Positions 54,001-64,000 of a stretch of 64,000 bases of DNA are shown here, in pieces. Location of the stretch: the NCBI GenBank assembly GCA_964016885.1, contig OZ024740.1, positions 113,894,001 to 113,958,000 on the forward strand, read 5' to 3'. The stretch is from Eledone cirrhosa (taxonomy: Eukaryota). Position 1 is the first letter of the stretch. Every line of letters begins with the position of its first letter. The translations under genes were made by a program, and so were the position numbers. Under the pieces are notes generated by a model. That model had not been told where the DNA came from. It saw nothing but the letters and a program-made list of their open reading frames with translations, and searched no databases.

Positions 54001-56889
54001 CCTAAATACGCCATAACGGTATTTGAACTCATGACTTCCACCGCAATAACGATTTCCTTATTCTATCATCTTAGATGTGTCCTTTATTTAACGACTTCGA
54101 TATACAGTCAATGTTTCTTTCCTCACAAATTTCTGACCTTGTGCTTAAATTAAAAACGATTATTTGTTGGGAAAGCATGGATGTAACAAACATTGTTTTT
54201 CTATCCTAGAAACCTCAGGCTTAGTGCATACATACGAATTATAAGCTACTATATTTTGTCGTATTGATGTTTTCGATGTTGTTATTGTTTTTTATAATCG
54301 TTGTTGTTAAATTTGGAATTGGCTTATTTCTAGATGCCATGGGATTTAGTTCTGCATTTTAATTTTCGCCGCACTTAAAGTACCATTATCCAATTTCTAA
54401 CATTTAAGGAAACCATAATAGAACTAATGGAATATAGTTTTTGAAATAACCCTACAATCACACCATTAAAAAAAAAAGAATTGTTGTTTTTGTGGTTGTC
54501 GTCGTTGTTGTTGATATACTTCAAGGATGAAGGTTCTTGGTACAAATTGAATCCTCTCTTACAAATAGGCTGTTTATTTTGCAATGTTGTTTCTGTAACA
54601 TATCTAATACAAAACTGTAATAGATCTCAATTATCGAGATAAATTGGATTCGGTATCTATGTTATTGATGTTGTTGAGGGGGAGGAGCCCTAATGGTAAT
54701 ATTTTGAAGGTTGATGAACACGTCGGTATTGTTATTATTGTTGTTGTGGTTGTTGATGGTGGTGGTGATGTTGATGGAGATAATGGTTGTGTTGGTAATT
54801 GTACAGTGATAGTGATAGTGATGACGGTATTTGTGTTCTTATTGCGAGATGATGATGATGTATTGCTGAGAGTGTGTGTGTGTGTGGGGGGGGGGGGGTT
54901 ATTGTTCAGGTTAATGATGTTTTATCCTCATGCTGCTGTTGCTGTTGTACATATTACTGTTGTTGTTGTTGTTGTTGTCCTTGTTGTTGTTGTTGTTGGT
55001 GGTGGTGGTGCTGGTGATGATAATGTTGTTTTTGCTTGCAAGTAAATTTGGTAGTGGAGCTGGTAGTGGAGTGTTTGTTGTTTACGTTGCGTTTTATTTG
55101 GGTCGGTGTTAAAGATATTGTTGTTGATGATGATGACGTTATTGTTGTGGCTGCTATTGGTGGGGAGTTTGAAAATTATGTTTAAGTTAATAATATTAGC
55201 TTTGATCTTGTTGTTGTTGTTATTGTCGCTATTGTTGGTAATGTCGAATATTGTTAGAATTAATAGAGATAACAGGTATTACTGCTGAGATGTTGACGTT
55301 GAATTTATATTGTCCTTGTTAACGTGTTGTATTTGCCGGAGGGAAGGTGAGGAAATAGAGATGTTATTCGTGTCGGAGTTATTCTTATCGTTGTATAATT
55401 GTTGTGGATGATTTAATGTTGTCTTTGTTGTAGTTGTTATATACATGATTATTCGGTGGCTTACATATGGATCTAAATACAGAAGTGTGGTAGGTTGCTG
55501 AATGTTTTAACCCCAGATCAACCCGAATGGAATATGGCTAACCCACAATTTTCTTTTTACGGGTGACTACATTACCTAAAGTATCCATTGAATTTTAAGA
55601 CAATGAAGTGATTTGAAACAAATTTAGCAACTAATCCTTGTAGGTCGATCGACAGGGCAGAAATTTGACCTTCGGTGGCTCAAAGTTGATCAAAGATCAG
55701 AAGAGGCTGTATATTGGAGAAATCTATACTTTGTTGTTGCGACCACATCCGGTTATGATCAGTATGTACAGCCAATCAGTTGTGTTAGTCATCTCTGTCT
55801 TTTGTTTTAAACTTATTGAAATTGATGAGGGGCACATTGAATCCAAATTACTACAAAATTGGCCTTCGATGTATAACATGCGGTGAAAAGTATCATGCAT
55901 ATATTTACTGGGGATCGCACATAGATATGTGTTTATCTGAGGATAAAAAATTGCCATACATTTCAAAAATATTTCAACTTTGTGTCGAGAAGAGATATCA
56001 ACCTGAAGTTGCATGTTATGTCCACTAGTTCAAGTGCGTCCTCACGAGCGCCCGTACTCTTGGGCTTACGTGGTTTGTAATTCTTTCCTTCTCTTGCCAA
56101 TTATGTTAAGTCAGTAGCCTCTATATTGCTATGTTTTTAAAGAAGTTATTTGACTTTTTATCACACCCATTTCATTCTGTAAATGTTTATGTTGTGCAAA
56201 TCATCTATCTATTCCGATCATTAGGCCGTTGCAGTGCCATAGAGAACTAACCCAAACTGATCGACTAAAGTTGGTGTTTCGAAGCACATTCATCTTCGAC
56301 CGACCGTCACGCCAGACCTTTGAGGCAAATATTGAAGCCCTCCGCTTACAACACTTTGATTCCTGAATAATAATCAGGGAAAGGAATAGGGAACAGGATC
56401 TCCGAAAAATATGTTATATATCAACTAATATTTCGTGAAAATAATTAGTTAATAAATCTGGAAAAACATGGTAATGATGTTTCATTCAGTGAAATATATT
56501 CAACATTTTAAAGATTTCATTCATAATCTTTTATATTGCAGTGATATACATTATAATAAATTAAGAGAATTGAAACCTCCAATATGAGAGTTGTAAGGAA
56601 AATAACGAACGATAAAATGATGCTTGATATACAGAAAAAAAGAGCAATATTTATCGAAGAAACTAAGCTAATAACATTTGTATCTCTGGGCTGTTTATTT
56701 TAGAATTAGATTTTAGTTTGGATAATTCCTTTCAAGATTGGAAATTTTACCCACAACATTGGTAAAGTGACATACGTTTACTCTTTTCAATATCTGAAAG
56801 CGAAAACACAGGTACACATACATACAAATAGCATTTATGTAAATAAATTAATAAAATTCTATAAATATGTATACAGAAATATATATATA

Positions 56890-56956
<67 letters not shown>

Positions 56957-57260
56957 CAATTTCTATTTTATTGGTACTAAAATATACAAAGTTGGCGAAA
57001 TAAAAGTTAAAACAACAAACATAGATTTCAATTAACTAAAGAAAAGTCTGAAAGAGAGAGAAAAAATGATAAATATTTTTTAGAAGAAAATTTATCAAAT
57101 GTTATTGCTTTTGGTCATTAATCGGTAGAGTATGAGACTGAAGTTGTACATTAGGCAACATCAAACGGAGGATTATGATGATCAAAGAAAATGAATGTAA
57201 TGAGCCACTACCATTTGAATTTTTATTTGTATATACATATGACTGTGTGTAAATACACTT

Positions 57261-57343
<83 letters not shown>

Positions 57344-57572
57344 TAGAGAGATAGAGAGAGACAGATATACAGAGATAGAACTAGAGGGAGAGAGGGCGAG
57401 AGAGAGATAGAGAGTGAGAGAGGGAGAAAGAGGGACAGAGAACTTTTGGTGTAGATATTCGTTTATCTTTTCGTACATATTTTATGAATTATCATATTTT
57501 TGTTTTATTATTTTTGGAGGTTGTTTTTCTTTTGCATGCCCACATTTTTATCAAGCATCATCACCATCGCCA

Positions 57573-57612
<40 letters not shown>

Positions 57613-57956
57613 GCTAAATAGCATAATTACAAACACTTTATTTACACGAAATTTAATGGCTTATGGCTGATAATTTTGATATTTCGTAGTGATGTAACGA
57701 TTTACTAGTGTAATGTGTTTTTCTATTTTCTATGAAATACATGCAAATATGTATTTTTCACGTGTGTACTATTACATTTAAATATTCCTATCTACATGTA
57801 TATGGTAATCATGTGTATATATTTTAATTGCATATTTATGAATGCACACATTAGTAAAAGGAATATTTACAGTACAGCACTGATCACTCGTGCATTTATT
57901 TTGAGTCTTGTGATTGACAAGTAAAATGCACCGATTGAAGATACATAAATATCTTA

Positions 57957-58912
57957 TCTATATATATAAAACTGTGGTTGTCTGTCTGTCTATCGATTTT
58001 TGGCACACATCTCCTCTTAGAATCTCTCACGGAATTGCACCGAAATTGCTATACTTGTACATTGAGCCCTAGCGAAGACATCGGAAAAAAAATATTTCAA
58101 ATTGACCCACCCTAAGTGACGAAATCGAATATAATGTATCGATTTTTGAGCGTAAGTTATCAGTTATTTCCCTTTGTTCTGTTTACATTGAGCGTCTTAC
58201 GTAAAAAATTACGCTGGCTTTCTCAGCGTTTAAAATGACATAGCAAAATATTGACCTCCAAAATTCATCAGTTCGAACACTAAGCTTCCGTTTTGCTTCA
58301 TTTCCATTTAAAAGCATTTTAAAACAATATTTTTACTTGAAAACAAGTCTATTTAAAGACTACGTAAAACAAGCAAATATTTCGTCGTTAGGCGTGCAGA
58401 CAGACAGTCGTGCAGACAGACAGTCGTGCAGAGAGGTGATATACGCGTGCAGACAGATAGTCGTGCAGAGAGGTGATATACGCGTGCAGACAGACAGTCG
58501 TGCAGAGAGGTGATATAGGCGTGCAGACAGATAGTCGTGCAGAGAGGTGATATAGGCGTGCAGACAGACAGTCGTGCAGAGAGGTGATATAGGCGTGCAG
58601 ACAGACATAACTGATAATTTGGTTACGCTAATGTTTTTCTCTGCGTTGCAGTGTTTACATTTTCGATCTTTGTTAATAAATAACCAGTGCAGTTTCTATC
58701 CCCAGCATCCTCTTTTGTTATAACATTCGGGTTATCGTTATGTTTTCTTAACTTGATAAGGCATATTGTTGGTTGAGGGAATATTAATCAAAAACACCAC
58801 ATGCAAGTCTGCACAGTAGACACTACAGTTTTTAAGCCAAGAAAGAAAATTAACATTGTAACTTTAACACAGCTACTGAGCGACCCCGAGCAACGCCGGG
58901 CTTTACTGCTAG
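57957..58912 (+). mobile_element. Non-autonomous Helitron
   Basis: 5' A|TCTATATATATAAAA; 3' hairpin CCCG-agcaacgc-CGGG then CTAG|T; AT target, no TSD. Confidence 0.75.
58389..58607 (+). repeat. About 37-bp minisatellite inside the Helitron
   Basis: gtcgtgcagagaggtgatata(g/c)gcgtgcagacaga(c/t)a, about five copies. Confidence 0.9.
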
Positions 58913-59096
58913 TAGATTATATAAATGTATATATATATATATGTGTGTGTGGTGGTATGTGTGGGTGTGAGTGTGAAAGAGAGTGTGTTTCATGCATATA
59001 TCTACGTATGTATATATATGTATGTATGTAAAATCTGGAGGGGTATCATCAGTAATCAGTAATGAAAACGTAGATGATATATATATATATATATAT

Positions 59097-59290
59097 AGGA
59101 AAAGAGTCAGGATCCCGACGGCTTAGCTCAGTCCGCTTCGACTGCTAGATCCGATCTAGCTGTCGAAACGACCGGAGCTCAGCCGTCGGGGTCCTGACTC
59201 TCTTCCTATTACCCACTCTACTACCCTAAGTATCGATTACTCTGGTGCGTTATGGTCCACCTTGTTTCCTACCACACTCTCTTTGTTATA
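59097..59290 (+). mobile_element. PLE-A-related short terminal fragment with 5' inversion in (TA)n
   Basis: tcgaaac..gagctcagccgtcggggtc..cctattacccactctactacc..ggtgcgttatggtccacc. Confidence 0.8.
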
Positions 59291-60267
59291 TATATACATA
59301 TGTATATATATACCATTTACGTTGGAGTCACTGATGATACACCTGCAGTTTTTGCTTTTTAAAAATGTTCTGTAAGGAAACATCACTGTGTATTTCATCT
59401 GCGACTGTATTTGTAAATGATTGATATTCTAGAGATACATTAGTGCCCCTTTGTTAAGGCATCTTCAGTGAGATTAGAAAAAAACGGGATCGATTGAAAT
59501 ATAGTTTCATACATCATTACCTTTTCTTTAGCAACCACTTACAATGCTCGGCCCCTCAGATTTAAGATATTTCGAGACCTGCTGTCTCTTTAATCTCAAC
59601 AATAAAAATAAAATATTGTGTTATCCTTGTGGATCCACTAAATTGCAGTCTTGTCAGCCTGATGGATAATATAACTCTATACATAGCCACTTTTAAATGG
59701 TCCATGTGAAGTTATATTTAAGGCCAATGTCGTTATGAGACCCACTCGTGGTAGCTTTCAAATCAGTAGATCCGATTTGAGTAAAATCTTTTATGTTAGA
59801 GGCTTAATGACATTTGTAACTAGATGCCAAGCAATTCATTTTCTACTGTTCTTAGTCGAGTAATATAAACAATGGGCCAGCGTTTATGACGCTCCTATGT
59901 ATCTAAATTATATTAATTAGTTTAAATATACAGGTAACAGTTAAAATATATAAATTTGTCCTGTAGTATACTATAAGTATCGAAAAATGGCTGTGTTTCA
60001 GTAATTAATTGTGTACTTATATGTAAAAGGCTATACATATCTGTGTGAGTCTCTGTGCATGTAAAGAAGAAATGATAGGTGGCACTGTTAAACAGAGCGA
60101 CGAATTATATCTACTAAAGAAAAACTCCCGGAAGAAATACTGCAAAGTATCTCGTTCTACTCTGCTAATTTGTCGGCTAAAAAATGAACGGAAATATGTT
60201 ATACCGAGTATTATGTTTAAGACTAGATAATTAATTGTTTGTACATTTGGAAAGTAATATGAAGCGT

Positions 60268-60390
60268 AGGGAAAGTCGATTAAATCGACCAGTGCACTGC
60301 GGGTAATTCATTTTAACAACCCCGTAAGAATAAAATGCAAATCTAACCTCAGTCGGATTTGGACTCAGAACGTAAAGGGCCGTAATTATA
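60268..60390 (-). mobile_element. tRNA-derived SINE, partial and diverged
   Basis: aaagtcgattaaatcgacc..cccgtaag..ggatttggactcagaacgtaaagggccgtaa, homologous to the other copies. Confidence 0.7.
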
Positions 60391-61534
60391 AACCGACACT
60401 GCCATTAATCAATATTAAGCAAAAACATACTTAATTCAGAAATATATTTATACTCAAGGTATCATTTTTGGTTATTCACATGTAATTATTTAAGTCATCT
60501 AATGAGGATCGATGATCAAATTTTAATTGTTATTATTTGTTACCTATTTTTCTAAATGCCCGAGTGCCGTCTCTAGCAATACGAAATATAAATTTGCAAG
60601 AATGTATTTAGATTTTTTATAACAACACGTCTCTGACCGACCATAAATATTTAAATGAAAACCTTCATAAATATTATGTTATGAAAGTGTTTATATTCCT
60701 GAGGTGTTAGTTGGTCAACACCGAACAGTAGATAAATATCTAAAGTCACAGGCATCTTACTAAACAATTAAAAACTCGTTATTTCATAAGTACAGACAGG
60801 ATTGGTACGAAGTTCGTTTCGCAGCCACGTAGTTTCAGCTTTAGTCCCACTGCATGGTATTTTTAGCAAGTATCTAATCCTATAGCCTCTCCAGATTGAT
60901 AAGTTTCTTGTGGGGGGAAATTCATTAGAAGCCAAGTATCTCTCTCCCCACCTCTATCTATTTCTATCTCTCTCTCTATATATATATATATGTGTGTGTG
61001 GGGGGGTGTCTGTCTGTCTGTCTGACTGTCTGCTCCATGACTGTAATTGGTTCAAACATACAAGCAGTCTATTCTTTACTCTTTTGAAATATTGTCACAA
61101 AAAGGGTTAGAATAAATAAAAGGCCAGAAGGGATCTGCTTATGTAAACGGTAGGTCGTATGAAATGCTTAAAGAATAAACATTCAACAATGTATGAAAGA
61201 GATACGTAGTTCAATTCCCTTCGGTGGTTTCTTTCATTCCTTCTGCATTACAAAACTGATCGTTAAAACTGCATGATGTCTAATTTATATAAAATACATA
61301 TACAAACACTCGAAATAACTTCTGTATATTTCGTTTTAGATATATAAAATAAAACCATAACATATATATAAATCGAGTCGTTGCTCTTCCTGTCTATTTT
61401 GTATATTTATATATTAAACATGTTGATTCATATCATACAAGCTATACACACGTTGACAATTTATCAGATCACACACGAATGCCTGCACGCGTACACACAC
61501 ATACACGCACACGCCCCCCCCCCCCCACATACAC

Positions 61535-61573
<39 letters not shown>

Positions 61574-62833
61574 ATGTGTGTATGTATATGTGTTAATGCA
61601 TGTATATATGTATATAATTCTGTAAGTGTTGTAAGCTGATCGGCGTGAAAATGATTCGTGGAAAAGTAATTATCGTTGCTGCCTGTTCTTGATCGAGTGA
61701 TCGAGTGCCTTTGGCATGCTTGATCAATAGGCGGACCTCATCAAAGTGGCATCTTCAGAGAATGTCTTTGAACTTTGAAAATACTTCATGCAGTATTAAT
61801 AGGCCAGTTTTGGAATGAGATATTTCCTAAAAACGTTGCTCTTGTCCCATTAACCTGTTCTTCAAATCTTTAAACAGCAATGAAGAGAAAATTATTATTA
61901 TTTTGAAACAAATTAACAGCGATACAAACACAAAAATATATATAATAAAATATCAAGACCATAAACATTAACAATAAATAGGAAATAACCTAAACAAAGA
62001 AAGAAACCTTGAAATAAATAAATAATTAAGAGAAAAAGAAAAAAATGAGAAGAATTTGAATGAGTTAATATGAATAAAAGAACGTTTTTTTTTAATGTGT
62101 GATTTGAACGAAGGAACGAATTAAAAGAGAAAAATTAAAGAACAGATCGTATGACGGACAGTAAAATGAAAGAATGCTCGGAGAAATGAAATAAATAAAT
62201 GCCAAATAAATTATAGAAGGAAACAAAGGAAGAAAATTAATCAGTGGTAAATTTAGTATGGTTCAACAGTGTGTAAATAAATCTGTTCTTAGCCAGTTTA
62301 ATAACACATCCTTCATTGATCCATTCACTTCGATTCAGCATATATATACACATATGGCGTATGTAGCGACGAATAAGTAGTGTTGTTTAAGGGTCGGTTT
62401 AAGAATCTTGGCACTTGTTCAACTCACTGCACTCTAAGTTCGAATCTTATCGAGTTCAAATTTGCCTTTCATCGATTGAGTCCCAGCACAAGGGCGATGG
62501 ATTCGGTGAATTGATAAAGAATCGGACGATCCATCTCTGTTCCGTCTGGGTTCAAGTCATGTCCTTTTCTTTCAGAAATTGCAAGCGGCAAATAGTATCA
62601 GCCTACTATAGAAGTGGCGAACAATTGTAGTAAAGTATCCATTAGAAAAATGCTTTTAAAAATTATTTTGGGGATTCTTTTTATACTTTCATTCCTCGCT
62701 GTCCACTCGGAATATTTGTATAAAACATGTTAGTACGGTTAGTAATTTTGCTTCGCAACTACAGAGTGAATAGATAGAAAGATAGATAAACTGACAAGCG
62801 ATCGGACAGAGAGACGGCCGAATTGATATATAC

Positions 62834-62873
<40 letters not shown>

Positions 62874-62964
62874 AAAGTGTGAGTGAGTGAGTGTGATAGA
62901 GTGAATGAGAGAAAGATAGTGAGTGAGTGAGTGAGTGAGAGAGTGAATGAGTGAGTGAGTGAGG

Positions 62965-62999
<35 letters not shown>

Positions 63000-63540
63000 T
63001 GGATAGATAGATAGACACTTTTCTATCCTTTATCGCATGATAGATTAATAAATAGGTAAATAGCTATAAATAGTTGTTCTTGAAGAACTGATCAACTTGT
63101 CAACATAGATTGAGAAAACGGTATGATGAAGATATGAAATGACCATTTCCCAAACAAATCTAGTATAAATTGTTTGTCACGTGACATATGTTTTATTATA
63201 AAACTATATATTCACACTCACACATGCATATATATGCATGCATAAGCACTATTTTTATAAATATTTATAGAAGTATATACAAGTATGTTTGTATTCATAG
63301 CATAGGTACTGGTATAGAATAATTTACTGCCTAGCTGAGAAATATTTTACTCTTTTTATTATTTGTGATTTCCGTGAGAATATGGCGGTATTCTACATGT
63401 GGCACATGTTATTTGCCACAAAACTTGTTTAAATTCTATTCCCCATGAGACCCAATCAATGTTTTAGTGAATATTTCTAATGTTTCTACTGCTTACTCCT
63501 GCTGTGTATTTATTTGAAGTGCACACTACTGTTTGATAGC

Positions 63541-63729
63541 ATGGTGGATTGGCAGTATCGGTAGAGGGTCGGACGCCATGCTTTCCAGCATAGTTACGTC
63601 CTTTACGATCTGAGTTCAAATCCCGCCGAGGTTGACTTTGCCTTTCATCCCTACGGGGTCGATAAAATAAAGTACCAGTAATGCACTGGGTAATTGCTGG
63701 CCTTGTGCCTAAAGTAGAAACAATTATTA
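63541..63729 (+). mobile_element. tRNA-derived SINE, near full length
   Basis: A-box-like TGGCAGTATCGG, B-box GAGTTCAAATCC (63612-63623), tail GGCCTTGTGCCTAAAGTAGAAACAATTATT. Confidence 0.85.
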
Positions 63730-64000
63730 AACAATAACATACAACTCAATGCGAATGATGTTTCTTGCTGTTGAACATGAAGCGATTCATATTAGTCTTC
63801 CTTGTCATGCAGAAAGGACAAGTATAAGACGCAAATATTTAGCGAGTATAGTATTATATATTGGCAGTTGTTATTTGTAAAAATTTGGAACTAGAATTTG
63901 TGATTTTATGATTACCGAACGCCTGTGTTGACTGTTCTACGAATATCATCAGAATTATACGTATGTTCTTTACTGTGAAGAAACATTTAGGGGCGTGATT

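Noticed and set aside
54644-55288. Val/Leu-rich ORFs
   Set aside because: Degenerate (GTT/GAT)n low-complexity sequence.
58389-58607. CRISPR-like array
   Set aside because: Contiguous tandem repeats without unique spacers, in eukaryotic context with no cas genes.
63600-63630. tRNA gene
   Set aside because: The B-box lies in a SINE head and there is no complete cloverleaf.

Overview
Gene-free, transposon- and microsatellite-dominated eukaryotic DNA. It is probably cephalopod (octopus), an inference from the tRNA-derived SINE family and the (TA)n/(CA)n density. No host protein-coding gene is supportable. Bases 1-20 kb are a head-to-tail pile-up of degenerate non-LTR retrotransposons in (TAA)n arrays: two R4/Dong-type RT+restriction-like-endonuclease elements (+) and two L1/Tx1-type elements (-). 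Bases 20-60 kb hold (TA)n-associated Penelope-like elements (PLEs) with C-terminal GIY-YIG and a CxCx5C linker, best matching the Hydra clade. One has an intact 719-aa ORF and a 2.2-kb inverted partial copy. Around them are many short, mostly fold-back cassettes embedded in (TA)n. Main discovery: these PLEs and cassettes carry at least six sequence-unrelated type-I hammerhead ribozyme (HHR) motifs folded by eye. They include a non-canonical core with U3:A8 covariation (UUGAGAA) in the intact PLE, palindromic stem-III minimal forms and probable U4C variants. Also present: a SINE whose 3' tail matches the Tx1 3' tail, a non-autonomous Helitron with an internal minisatellite, a mariner relic, and CR1 and RTE 3' fragments.
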